Source: Myxococcaceae bacterium (GTDB lineage Bacteria > Myxococcota > Myxococcia > Myxococcales > Myxococcaceae). From it: 64,000 nt of DNA. A program made the position numbers and the translations under genes. Under the pieces are notes generated by a model that did not search any database, was not told the DNA's origin, and was given only the letters and a program-made list of their open reading frames with translations. Below, piece by piece: positions 37,858 to 47,199 of the stretch (its first letter is position 1; each line of letters begins with the position of its first letter). Location: NCBI GenBank assembly GCA_044223505.1, contig JBGALX010000012.1, positions 26,174 through 90,173 of the forward strand, in the 5' to 3' direction.

Positions 37858-38244
37858 ATGATCATTCGCAACTCGCCGGTCGCAACCACCCGCCGTTCGC
37901 TTCCCGCTCTCTACCGCAGCCCGCAGGTTCGTCAGGCCGTCGCGCGCGCGCCGCTCGACGCGTTCGAGTCGGTGGCTCCGGTGGCGCAGCAGCAGATCGT
38001 GAGCCGCCAGCAGCCGGTGACGGCGACGCCGACGACGACGAGCTCGGGCGGCTTCTTCTCGAACCTGTTCGGCGCGATCAAGCGCACGGTCGCCGGGTGG
38101 CTCGGCTCGGCCGGCACCTGGCTCTCGCAGAACATGGGCGGCCTCATCGACAAGGCGAAGGACGTCGTCGGCGGCTGGCTCACGAAGGCCGGCTCGTGGG
38201 TGATGGGCCTGCTCTCGGGCTGGAAGCAGAAGCTCGAGAGCTGA
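37858..38244 (+). CDS. Small Gly/Trp-rich amphipathic protein (128 aa)
   Basis: GGFFSNLFGAIKRTVAGWLGSAGTWLSQNMGGLIDKAKDVVGGWLTKAGSWVMGLLSGWKQKL. Preceded by a 230-bp intergenic region. Confidence 0.45.
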   Translation: MIIRNSPVATTRRSLPALYRSPQVRQAVARAPLDAFESVAPVAQQQIVSRQQPVTATPTTTSSGGFFSNLFGAIKRTVAGWLGSAGTWLSQNMGGLIDKAKDVVGGWLTKAGSWVMGLLSGWKQKLES

Positions 38245-38248
38245 AGGG

Positions 38249-38752
38249 TCACCCCGCCCAGAACAGGTGCCACAGCAGGGCGGGGCTCTCGGCGTAGCCG
38301 TCGAGCACCCAGCTGACCCGGCCGTCCGAGGCGACGATGTAGAACGTCGGAAAGCCCGTGGCAGCGAACGTCTGCTCGACGGTGGAGTCGCCGATGAGCA
38401 CCGGGTAGTCGACGGCGTTGTCGCGCACGAACTGCTCGACGCTCTCACGGCCGCCGTGGGACAGCGCGACAGACACCACCTGCGCGTGCGAGCCGCTGAG
38501 CTCGGCGACGCGCTTGATCTGCTCCACCGCCTTCTTGCAGTACCCGCACCACGGCGCCCAGAACGCCACGAGCGTCGGCTTGCCGCCGATCGACTGGAGC
38601 GCCATCGAGCCGCCGGCGAGCGCGGGCAGCTCTACCGTCGGCGGCATCGGCTTGCGCCCGACGCCGCGTGCGAGCCACCCGACCAGCGCCAGCGCGAGCA
38701 ACACGGCGACCGCTCTGACCACGACCTTCTTCTTCGAACCCATTTCACTCAT
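38249..38752 (-). CDS. TlpA/ResA-like thiol-disulfide oxidoreductase
   Basis: A TM anchor followed by a thioredoxin fold with WAPWCGYC. Confidence 0.75.
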   Translation of the reverse strand: MSEMGSKKKVVVRAVAVLLALALVGWLARGVGRKPMPPTVELPALAGGSMALQSIGGKPTLVAFWAPWCGYCKKAVEQIKRVAELSGSHAQVVSVALSHGGRESVEQFVRDNAVDYPVLIGDSTVEQTFAATGFPTFYIVASDGRVSWVLDGYAESPALLWHLFWAG

Positions 38753-38869
38753 CGCCTGCAACTGAGCCGGACCGCGGCTGAATGGCAACCCTCTCGAGTG
38801 TGCTTGCGGGCCAAAAAAGAAGAGGCCTCCGAGCCCACTCGAGCTCGGAGGCCTCTCACCGCAAGGCGG

Positions 38870-41491
38870 TCACTCGTCGGCGAAGTAGGTCACGCTCAAA
38901 TACGGGGCAACGCTGCTCGACCCCACCTCGTGGTTGAACCACCAGAACCCGTTGTCGAGGCCGTTGCCGTCGCTGGAGTCGGTGAACGTGCGCAGCTGGA
39001 ACTGCGAGCGATTTTGCCGGGTCGTGTGGTTCGCGATGTCGTCGGTCAGGCCACCCTTCACCGAAACGCTCACCGGGGTGGTGGTCGTAGGGCTGGCAGG
39101 AACGGTCATCGGGTTCCCAATGCCCACCGAGAGGCCACAGTCGCTGCTGGTGAGGCTGCTGCCATAGACGACCGAGTACGCGTAGACCGGGCCGTAGCCG
39201 CCGGTGGTGATGTTCGTGTTCAGGGTGTTCACCCATCCGAAGACGTTGAGGCTGGCGCTCGAGACGATCACGTGGTTGTGGCTCGTGATCGACGCGATGT
39301 CGAACGACATGAACCCGCTCATCGCCTCGTTGTTGTCGGTGTCACCCACGCCGCTGAAGTAGTAGCCGCTCGTGACATCGATGGCGCCGGTGCAGCCGCC
39401 CGTGGTGGGGCTCCGGAAGTAGGTCATGTTCCCGCTCGGAACGCTGTTCGCGCTGGTGGTGCAGGTCGAGCTCAGGCCGCAGTTGTAGATTCTGACGTTG
39501 CGTTTGACCTGCGTGGTGAACTGACCGTCGACGTCATGCGCCAGTGAGAGACCGGTCACGTCCGACTGCGCGGTTGTGGTGAGCTTCCACTGCACGGTCA
39601 CGAGCCCGTAGGTGCTGCCGTAGTTGATCGCGCCCTTGAGGTAGCACGTCATCGTCCTCTTGTTGGTGCTGAGCTCGCAGATGCTCACGTCGACTCCGAC
39701 CGGCGACATGATCGCGAACGCGTTCACGGTCGTCGCCGTGTCCATCGCCTCGCTGAACTCGAGCACGATCTTCTCGTCGGTGCCGGTGAGCGTGAGGGGG
39801 TCGACGCCGACGGCGCCGTTCGCAGGAGTCGTCGAGACGAGGCTCGGCGGAGTCGTCATGCCGCCCGCCGCCGTGACCGTGAACTGAAGGTTGTAGGCCA
39901 TGGCGAGCGGGTTGCCGGCGACGTCTTGCAGGTTGGTCGTCGCCTTCAACGTGTAGCTCGCCCCGACCATGAGCGGGGTCATCGGGGTGCACTTGACGGC
40001 GCGCGGGTTCAGCCACCGGACGTCGCACGGCACGGGGAACACGACCCCCCGAGTCAGCGTCAGCTGCGGCATCATCGTCATCGGCCGCATCGCTTCGGAG
40101 AACGTGATGATCAGCGCCGCGTTCGGGTGCACCGTGCCGTTCTGCGCCGGGAACGTGTTCGTAACGGTCGGCGCGATGGTGTCCTGCACCACGACAGTGT
40201 GGAAGGGGACGGCGATGCTGAACGCGTTGCCGGCGACGTCGGTGCCGCTCACGGTCACCGTGTAGTTCCTGTCCTGGTCGAGATCGGCCGGCGGGTTGAA
40301 CGTCACCGACTGGTTGTTCCCGCTCCAGACGCCCGAGCCCAGGCTCGCGTTCGGCGAGGCCGCAATGCCGAACGAGCCAGGTTCGATGGGCTCAGAGAAG
40401 TTGAACGTGAGGTTGGTGCCCAGGGCCACCGTCTGCGCGTTGATGGCCGGGATCGAGCTCGAGAGGGTCGGCGCCACCAGGTCAAGCGCCGCGCCGGTCG
40501 TGAACGTCAGCGTGTAGGCCATGACCATCGGGTTGCTCGCCAGGTCGGACGCTGCGACGACGCGGAGGGTGATCGGCAAGTTGGCCGGCAAGGCGACGCT
40601 CGAGCGCACCGTGACGGTCTTGTCGAGCGCGTCCCACGTGATGGTCGAGCCCGCCGGAGGCGCCGGGCTGAACACCACCGACGACTTGATCACCGGCTCG
40701 CTGAACGTGAAGCTGACCGGCGAGACCGTCGAGACGTTCGTCGCTCCCGAGATTGGGAACGACGAGACGACGGTCGGTGGAGTCATGTCGGCGCTCGCGG
40801 CCGTCACGAAATAGAACGTCTTGGTGACCGGGTTGTTCGCGAGATCCGACGCGGACACCGTCACGTCGTACCGCCTGCCGAGCTGAAGGCCGTTCAGCGG
40901 GAAGCTCACGCTCATGCCGTCAGCCGAAAAGGTCGGCAGGCCCGGCGTCACCGAGGGCATCAGCTGCACCACCACCGACGAGCGCGAGATCGCCTCGTCG
41001 AACTGGACCTGCAGCACGGTGTTCGCGGCAACGTTGGTCTGAGTGTCGAACGGCGAAGTGGAGACCACCGTCGGAGCCGTCATGTCGGTCGGAGCTCCAC
41101 TGCCACCGCCGGTTCCGCTGCTGCTGCCACCGCCGGTGCCGCTGCTGCTGCCGCCGCCGGTGCCGCTGACGCCGCCGCCGGTGCCGCTGCTGCTGCCACC
41201 GCCGGTGCCGCTGCCGCTGCCGCCGCCGGTGCCGCTGCTGACGCCACCGCCGGTGCCGCTGACGCCGCCGCCGGTGCCGCTGACGCCGCCGCCGGTGCCG
41301 CTGACGCCGCCGCCGGAGCCGCTGTCGCCGCCGCTGTCACCGCCGCTGTCACCGCCGCCGGCAGTGGACCTGCCGCCACCTCCGGCGCTGTGACTTGTTC
41401 CGCCACCGCCGCCGTTCCCCTCATTGGGGGGATCGCCACCGCACGCGGCAGCAAAGATACAACCCAGAACGAGACCCAGACGCCAGTTCAT
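38870..41491 (-). CDS. Large lipoprotein with Gly/Ser-rich linker and multiple bacterial Ig-like (SbsA_Ig-type) domains
   Basis: Lipobox LVLGCIFAAACGG. (GGGVSGT)n repeats. At least six repeats of the type PTVVSTSP...NV......V.F.E. Confidence 0.65.
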   Translation of the reverse strand: MNWRLGLVLGCIFAAACGGDPPNEGNGGGGGTSHSAGGGGRSTAGGGDSGGDSGGDSGSGGGVSGTGGGVSGTGGGVSGTGGGVSSGTGGGSGSGTGGGSSSGTGGGVSGTGGGSSSGTGGGSSSGTGGGSGAPTDMTAPTVVSTSPFDTQTNVAANTVLQVQFDEAISRSSVVVQLMPSVTPGLPTFSADGMSVSFPLNGLQLGRRYDVTVSASDLANNPVTKTFYFVTAASADMTPPTVVSSFPISGATNVSTVSPVSFTFSEPVIKSSVVFSPAPPAGSTITWDALDKTVTVRSSVALPANLPITLRVVAASDLASNPMVMAYTLTFTTGAALDLVAPTLSSSIPAINAQTVALGTNLTFNFSEPIEPGSFGIAASPNASLGSGVWSGNNQSVTFNPPADLDQDRNYTVTVSGTDVAGNAFSIAVPFHTVVVQDTIAPTVTNTFPAQNGTVHPNAALIITFSEAMRPMTMMPQLTLTRGVVFPVPCDVRWLNPRAVKCTPMTPLMVGASYTLKATTNLQDVAGNPLAMAYNLQFTVTAAGGMTTPPSLVSTTPANGAVGVDPLTLTGTDEKIVLEFSEAMDTATTVNAFAIMSPVGVDVSICELSTNKRTMTCYLKGAINYGSTYGLVTVQWKLTTTAQSDVTGLSLAHDVDGQFTTQVKRNVRIYNCGLSSTCTTSANSVPSGNMTYFRSPTTGGCTGAIDVTSGYYFSGVGDTDNNEAMSGFMSFDIASITSHNHVIVSSASLNVFGWVNTLNTNITTGGYGPVYAYSVVYGSSLTSSDCGLSVGIGNPMTVPASPTTTTPVSVSVKGGLTDDIANHTTRQNRSQFQLRTFTDSSDGNGLDNGFWWFNHEVGSSSVAPYLSVTYFADE

Positions 41492-41785
41492 TTTCGACCT
41501 CACAGACAACGAGTGTGAGGGGGGGCAAGGCACGGCGCGTGCCCACGGGGCGAGACGTCGTTGAGCACGGATGCGCGAGAGGGCAGTAGCTCCGACCCGA
41601 CGATCAGCAGGGTCCGCCCGCGTGAAGGTGAGAAAGTGCGAGGCAGGCGTCGCGGCCGTCGTGAAGACAAATTCGCGCCTCGCGGCCGATCGGCTGATGC
41701 CACATCAGCCCACTGTCTCAGCCGGGTGACGCGCGCCCACTCGTCGTATCGGCCGATGTTGACCGGCGCTCCTACGCTTCTGGTC

Positions 41786-43558
41786 ATGCAACGGCCACGA
41801 GGACAAGCGCTGGTGCTGTTCGCCCTGCTCATGCTGGTGCTCGTCGTCGCTGCGATCGCGACGATGAGCCTGTCGCATCTCACGCAGCAGAAGATGGAGA
41901 TGCAGGTCGCGAACGACGCCGCGGCGTACTCGCAGGCGGTCGCGGCCGCGCGCACGTACAACTCGGTGGCGCTGCTGAACCGCGCGCAGGTCGCGACGAT
42001 GGTGGCGCTGCAGGGCATTCACAGCGCGATCAGCTTCGCGGGTACGTACCGCGGCGCGATCAACTCGACGATGTTCGCCTACGAAGACGACTTCAATGGC
42101 GAGTTCGGCAAGTGCGGCACCTGGGAGTACCAGATCAACTGGACGGGCCAGGTCAACACCGGCAACGGCCAGCGCAACACGTGCGAGCTGCTCGACCGCA
42201 TGGCGCACGAAGACAGCTGCGCTCGCGCCCACCCGCTCGACATCAGCATCTTCGGCTTTCACATTCGCTTCGACTTCGCGTGCATCGGTGAGGCGTGCGA
42301 CGCCCGGCGCGAGGTGATGGGCGAGTACGGCTTCCTCGCGCTCAACTGCGACATGCAGCTCGGCGCCAGCGGCGGCCGCGTGCCGCTGCTCAAAGACGAG
42401 TGGTGCCGCGTGAAGAAGGTGTGGAACCTGCTCGACGACATGACGGGCTGGCAGGGTCGCAACGCGCAGGCCGAGGCGATCGCGCTCGGCGAGAAAGAAC
42501 GCGTCGCGCTCGAGCAGACGCTGCCGGGCGCGCTGCAGCCGCTGGCGTCGGCGAGCGCGGGCGTCGTGAACGCGAGCGTCGACACCTCGGTCGGCGTCTC
42601 GGAGGTCGGGAAGTCGTTCGCGGGCGGCGGCAGCTACAACGGCGTCGAGGCGGCGCTGGGCAGTCGCGCGCACCCGTTCATCAGCCGGCGCGAAGACGGG
42701 CGGCGCGCCATCGAGGAGCAGCTGCGGCTCGTCATCGCGGCAGCGGGCGCGGGCCCCGATGAGGTTCAGGTGCTGCCCGACTTCAAGGGCTCGAGCTTCT
42801 TCGACGAGCCGGCGTGGGGCGCGGCGACGTACTCGTACAGCCACGGGCAGCGCGACCCGTCGGCGTTCGCGTCGTGGGCCGACGAGCACGGGCGGGTGTC
42901 GGTCTCGTACAACGGGCCGCGGGCGAATCAGCGCGAGCCGGGCGTGGCCGACACGCGGCACATTCGCACCTTCCGCGGCTCGCAGTCGGCGACCGACGAG
43001 CAGCACCAGGGCGACACGCACCAGTGGTGCCCGGCCGACCTGAACGCCGAGTCGTCTGATCCGTTCGTGCGGCACACGCTCTTGCCGCACAAGATGCCTC
43101 CGCCGAACGAGCCGGACCCGTGCGAGAACACCTCGTGCATCTGGCCGGGCTTCTACGACATCAACGCGACGTACGTGGCGAGCCCCGGTGACGTGTTCGG
43201 GCAGCCGAAGCTGCTCACGGTCGCGACGCGCGACCTCGCGGGTACGAAGGACCCGTGGAACCTGTTCTTCAAGATTCAGGCGACGCAGGGCAGCAGCGGG
43301 GCGCAGGTCGACTTCCGTGCGAAGCACGCCGTCGCAGGTGCGCTGCCGAGCTTCCAGGCGCTGTCGTCGGGCATGGCGTACTACCACCGGCCCGGGCACT
43401 GGAAAGAGCACCCGAACCTCTTCAACCCGTACTGGCGCGCGACGCTGGTGCGCTCGAACCTGAAGGGGCTGCAGCTGAACGGCCTGCTCGCGGGCTCGAA
43501 CCAGGACGCGGTGAACGCGCTGACGGCGGGCAACATCGGCTACCGGGGCATTCCGTGA
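41786..43558 (+). CDS. TadG/TadE-like pilus-assembly family protein (590 aa)
   Basis: N-terminus MQRPRGQALVLFALLMLVLVVAAIATM matches the TadE-like domain (RGQalVeFAL). Confidence 0.55.
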   Translation: MQRPRGQALVLFALLMLVLVVAAIATMSLSHLTQQKMEMQVANDAAAYSQAVAAARTYNSVALLNRAQVATMVALQGIHSAISFAGTYRGAINSTMFAYEDDFNGEFGKCGTWEYQINWTGQVNTGNGQRNTCELLDRMAHEDSCARAHPLDISIFGFHIRFDFACIGEACDARREVMGEYGFLALNCDMQLGASGGRVPLLKDEWCRVKKVWNLLDDMTGWQGRNAQAEAIALGEKERVALEQTLPGALQPLASASAGVVNASVDTSVGVSEVGKSFAGGGSYNGVEAALGSRAHPFISRREDGRRAIEEQLRLVIAAAGAGPDEVQVLPDFKGSSFFDEPAWGAATYSYSHGQRDPSAFASWADEHGRVSVSYNGPRANQREPGVADTRHIRTFRGSQSATDEQHQGDTHQWCPADLNAESSDPFVRHTLLPHKMPPPNEPDPCENTSCIWPGFYDINATYVASPGDVFGQPKLLTVATRDLAGTKDPWNLFFKIQATQGSSGAQVDFRAKHAVAGALPSFQALSSGMAYYHRPGHWKEHPNLFNPYWRATLVRSNLKGLQLNGLLAGSNQDAVNALTAGNIGYRGIP

Positions 43559-43566
43559 GGGCGACC

Positions 43567-44430
43567 ATGAACAGGCGCGGGCAGGCGGTGACGGAGCTGG
43601 CGCTCGGGCTGCTCGTGCTGGTGCCGACGCTGCTCGGAGCCATCTACCTCGCCGAGGCGTTCATCTTCCGCATCGAGGCGACCGAGGCCGCGAGCGAGCC
43701 GTTGTGGGACGCGACGGCCGAGAAGCAGCACGAGTACGAGGGCGCGTGGGTGCAGACTCCGGGGGCGATCGCGCTCGCGCAGGGCAAGGTGAACGGCCGC
43801 ATGAGGGCGCGGAAGCTGGTGCTGACGGAGATGAGCGCTCCGCAGGTGCAGTGCGGGCCGGCGGCCCCGATGGCGTACGTCGTCGGCGGGGTGCCCTACC
43901 AGGACAGCGGCGGCATCTCATGCAACTCGCGCGTGCGCGTCGACGCGTACGGTCTCTCGCGCGGCTTCATCGACTCGAGCCCGAGCGGTTTCTTCCAGGA
44001 GCCGCTCGCGAACTGGAAGCGGAACTTCGACTTCTGCGGCACGCGGAAGTGCAGAGCGTTTCAGATGGCGATCGGCGACTGGGGGCTCGCGAAGCAGGGC
44101 GCCGAGATGAACGAGTGCACGCTGACGATGGACAGCTGCGAGAACAACGGCTTCTTCGCGAAGGCGAAGGCGACGTTCGACATGAAGCCCGACCAGCGGG
44201 GCACGAAGGCCGAGTGGCACCGGTACTTCATGGAGTCGCTGATCGACAAGGCGCCGATTCCGGATCAGTACCCGCGGGTCACCGACTTCCAGATGAGCTT
44301 CCAGGGCGAGACCAACTTCATGGAGGACGTGCCGGTGATCGAGGGCGATCGCGAGTGGCGCACGACTCCGTTTCTGCTCAGCAGGCTCGACTCGTACAAC
44401 GCCAGGTCGGATGGCTTCCTGGGGCTGTGA
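43567..44430 (+). CDS. TadE-like protein
   Basis: N-terminus MNRRGQAVTELALGLLVLVPTLL. Confidence 0.55.
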   Translation: MNRRGQAVTELALGLLVLVPTLLGAIYLAEAFIFRIEATEAASEPLWDATAEKQHEYEGAWVQTPGAIALAQGKVNGRMRARKLVLTEMSAPQVQCGPAAPMAYVVGGVPYQDSGGISCNSRVRVDAYGLSRGFIDSSPSGFFQEPLANWKRNFDFCGTRKCRAFQMAIGDWGLAKQGAEMNECTLTMDSCENNGFFAKAKATFDMKPDQRGTKAEWHRYFMESLIDKAPIPDQYPRVTDFQMSFQGETNFMEDVPVIEGDREWRTTPFLLSRLDSYNARSDGFLGL

Positions 44431-45089
44431 CGGGCGTTCTCTTTCTGTTGGTGCTCGCGGCCGACGGCGGCCGGTGGCTGCCCGATGCCGGGCCGCTGCC
44501 GGCGGCGATGCCCCCGCTGCCGTTCACGTGGGAGCTGCCTGCCAAGACGATGCATGAGGTGCCCATCGACGGCACGACGTACGTGATGGGCGTGCCCGTG
44601 CGCATGCGGTACCTCATGGTGAACGACACGCCGGGCTCCATCGGGAAGCACTTCCTCGAGAGCTTCAAGCGGCAGAAGATGTACATCGAGCCCGGGCAGG
44701 CTTACGACCGCATGCTCACCGGCGTCGACCCGCAGAGCATCACGACGTACACCGTGGTGCTGCAGCCGAACTCGCCCGGGTACACGACCGTGATTCTCGG
44801 CGAGTCGCGGCCGCTCGAGCGCAAGCCTCGCGAGGCCGGTGGGCTGCCTGTCCCTGAGAAGGCCCGCACTGCGCTGCCCGTGCAGTTCGAGGACTACACC
44901 CTGCTCAGCTTTACGGTCGGAGACACCGTCGAGGCCGTCAAGGCGTTCTACGCTGTCGAGCTGCCGCGGCGCGGGTACCGGCCGATGAGCGACGGCACGT
45001 GGGTGAAACCGGGTGAGGTGCTCGAGCCGACCGTCACGACCGAGAAGGGCGAGACGCATGTTGTCTTGAAGCTGCGCCGCGCTCCGTGA
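44427..45089 (+). CDS. Hypothetical membrane protein (tad-like cluster)
   Basis: GTGA overlap with the previous gene. N-terminal TM VTGVLFLLVLAA. Confidence 0.45.
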   Translation: MTGVLFLLVLAADGGRWLPDAGPLPAAMPPLPFTWELPAKTMHEVPIDGTTYVMGVPVRMRYLMVNDTPGSIGKHFLESFKRQKMYIEPGQAYDRMLTGVDPQSITTYTVVLQPNSPGYTTVILGESRPLERKPREAGGLPVPEKARTALPVQFEDYTLLSFTVGDTVEAVKAFYAVELPRRGYRPMSDGTWVKPGEVLEPTVTTEKGETHVVLKLRRAP

Positions 45090-45094
45090 AGGCG

Positions 45095-45190
45095 GGGGCG
45101 GGGGCGGGTTTGCGGGTGCGGGTTTGCGGTTGTGGGTTCCGGGTTCCGGGCCCGGTACCGGTACCGGGATCGTTTACCGGCCGCGGCCCG
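45095..45190. repeat. G-rich simple repeats (GGGTTTGCGG / GGGTTCCGG / GGTACCGG units)
   Basis: ggcgggggcgggggcgggtttgcgggtgcgggtttgcggttgtgggttccgggttccgggcccggtaccggtaccggg. Confidence 0.7.
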
Positions 45191-45261
45191 GGTTTCCGGT
45201 AGCGGCCCGTCTCACGGTTGCCCTCGGCCCTGGGCCCTCTCGTGATAGCTCATGGCAGCCT

Positions 45262-45981
45262 ATGCCCGACCTCGGCCCCGTATTCGGTGCGCTGCTCGAC
45301 CTGTTTGGCCCCGTCATCGGCGCCGCCCTCAAGGCCCTGCTCAAGACCGTCTTCGGCATGGCCCTGCTCGGCGCCGTCGTCACCGTCACCACCGTCTACT
45401 TCGCCGCTCAGGGCTCTTGGCTCCGCGGCCTCATCGCTGCCGTGCTGTCGCTCGTCGCCCTCGCCATCGTCACCGGCATCCTCGCGGTGAAGAACGCCAT
45501 CATGCGCGGCCTGCTGCACGGCTTGAAGACGCTGCAGCTCGGCACCCGCGTGCTCACGCTCCTGTTCAACCAGCTCGGCGTCACCGAGAACAGCAAGCAG
45601 GGCGAGCGCGCCGGCGCCGTCGGCCGCACCGTCGAGCGCCTGCCGCTCCGCGACGCCGAAGCCAAGCTGTCCGGCGCCGTCCTCTCGCTGCTCGCCGAAC
45701 GCGCCGGCAAGACCGGCGTCCGCGCGTGGATGGCCCGCAAGCTCATCGAGGCCGCCCTCACCCGCATCGAGGCCATCACCCTCGCCCGCTTCCGCGAGCA
45801 GGACTCGCGCACCGGCGGCGTCGATCTGCTCGTCGTTCGCGACGAGCTCGCAGCCAGCATCGACGGCACCCTCGCCAGCGGCATCGCCGCTCAGCTCAAC
45901 AAGCTGAACATTCTCGTCGCCGGCCTCTACGTCGTCTTCGCCGTCCTCATCGCGATCGCCCTGCCGCGGCTGGTGTCGTAG
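45262..45981 (+). CDS. Hypothetical integral membrane protein
   Basis: Hydrophobic helices at both the N- and C-terminus. Confidence 0.45.
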   Translation: MPDLGPVFGALLDLFGPVIGAALKALLKTVFGMALLGAVVTVTTVYFAAQGSWLRGLIAAVLSLVALAIVTGILAVKNAIMRGLLHGLKTLQLGTRVLTLLFNQLGVTENSKQGERAGAVGRTVERLPLRDAEAKLSGAVLSLLAERAGKTGVRAWMARKLIEAALTRIEAITLARFREQDSRTGGVDLLVVRDELAASIDGTLASGIAAQLNKLNILVAGLYVVFAVLIAIALPRLVS

Positions 45982-47182
45982 CGCACGGCGCCGCCGCCAG
46001 CGGGAAACGCTCGAGGTGGTAGCCCGGAGTCACGTACGTCTCTGGGAATTCGGGGCAGCTGATCAGCCCGACCCACGGCCGACCCGCGCGGATGGGCCAC
46101 GCGATCGTGCACCGCGCGTCGTTCTCGAGGTCGAGCGTCACCACGCCTCCATCGAGCTGCAGGCCGCTGACCGCGTAGTCGTGGCGCCCGTACACGAGGT
46201 GCAGCGTCTCGCGCGAGCTGCCGCGGAGCTCGATGACGCCGTCGTCGCAGCCTCGCCGGCGCACCAGGCCGTTTCCGCCGTCGTGCCTCGCGTGCAGCAC
46301 GTGCCACTTCATCGGCAGCTCGTTCTTCTCGACCGCCGCCATGAGCGCGACCTCGTCGCACGAGGGCTGCTCGGGCGGTGTGCGGCCGTAGATGGCCGTG
46401 TACAGGCTGTCGTGCGCGTTCACCGTGCGGCGCAGCACCTCGGCCTCCCAGCGGTTCTTACCCGAGCGCTTCGGCGCGCCCACCACGTGAACGACGTACG
46501 GGCCGCGGCAGTCGGGAATTGCGCTGAACACGACGAACGGTGCCGAGTCGTTCACCGCCGTGCCTGCGAGCGTGCGGCCGAGACACGCGCGGTGATCGCC
46601 CGACTCGCACTCGTACACCAGCGGCCGCTCGTCGGGGGCCTTCTCGCGCCGCGCCGCTGCCGCGCGCTCGGTCTCGACGAAGAGCGCGCGAGCGAGCTGG
46701 TGGGCTGCTGTCGATGTCGGGTCGAGGCCGACCGCCGCATAGGCCCAGATGCTGCGCCAGTCGGCGTCGAGCTTCGGGTCGGCCGCTCGCTCGAGCAGCC
46801 GGCGCACCGTGGGCTCCTCGGCCCCCAGGAACATCAGCTGCGCCCAGCCCGTGACGCCGTTCGCCTCGAGTCGCGCCCAGCCTCGAGCGCGCTCGACCAC
46901 CTTGCCCCTCTCTCCGACCGCGAGGTGCCCGAGGACGTCGGCCGGGTGCGTCGGCTCCGAGAGCAGCGCGATGCTGGCGTACGCGTACAGCGTCTCGCCG
47001 GCGGCGGTGCCCGCCCAGCAGAGCATGACCGTGAGAATGGCGCGGGAGAGCACGAAGGGGATGCGCCGCGGGCACGCAGATTCTGACCGCCTGCTCGACA
47101 CGCATGACGTTCTCAGCCGCACTCGAAGCCCCCCGAGCCTCGAGCGGCCGAGCCGGCGATCGCGCCGTCGGCTCGGCCGCAC
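45947..47182 (-). CDS. Hypothetical protein (start uncertain)
   Basis: C-terminal ~300 aa are coherent and Cys-containing; the N-terminal Arg-rich stretch is probably not translated. Confidence 0.35.
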   Translation of the reverse strand: MRPSRRRDRRLGRSRLGGLRVRLRTSCVSSRRSESACPRRIPFVLSRAILTVMLCWAGTAAGETLYAYASIALLSEPTHPADVLGHLAVGERGKVVERARGWARLEANGVTGWAQLMFLGAEEPTVRRLLERAADPKLDADWRSIWAYAAVGLDPTSTAAHQLARALFVETERAAAARREKAPDERPLVYECESGDHRACLGRTLAGTAVNDSAPFVVFSAIPDCRGPYVVHVVGAPKRSGKNRWEAEVLRRTVNAHDSLYTAIYGRTPPEQPSCDEVALMAAVEKNELPMKWHVLHARHDGGNGLVRRRGCDDGVIELRGSSRETLHLVYGRHDYAVSGLQLDGGVVTLDLENDARCTIAWPIRAGRPWVGLISCPEFPETYVTPGYHLERFPLAAAPCATTPAAAGRSR

Positions 47183-47199
47183 GGCCGAACAGCGCGCCG

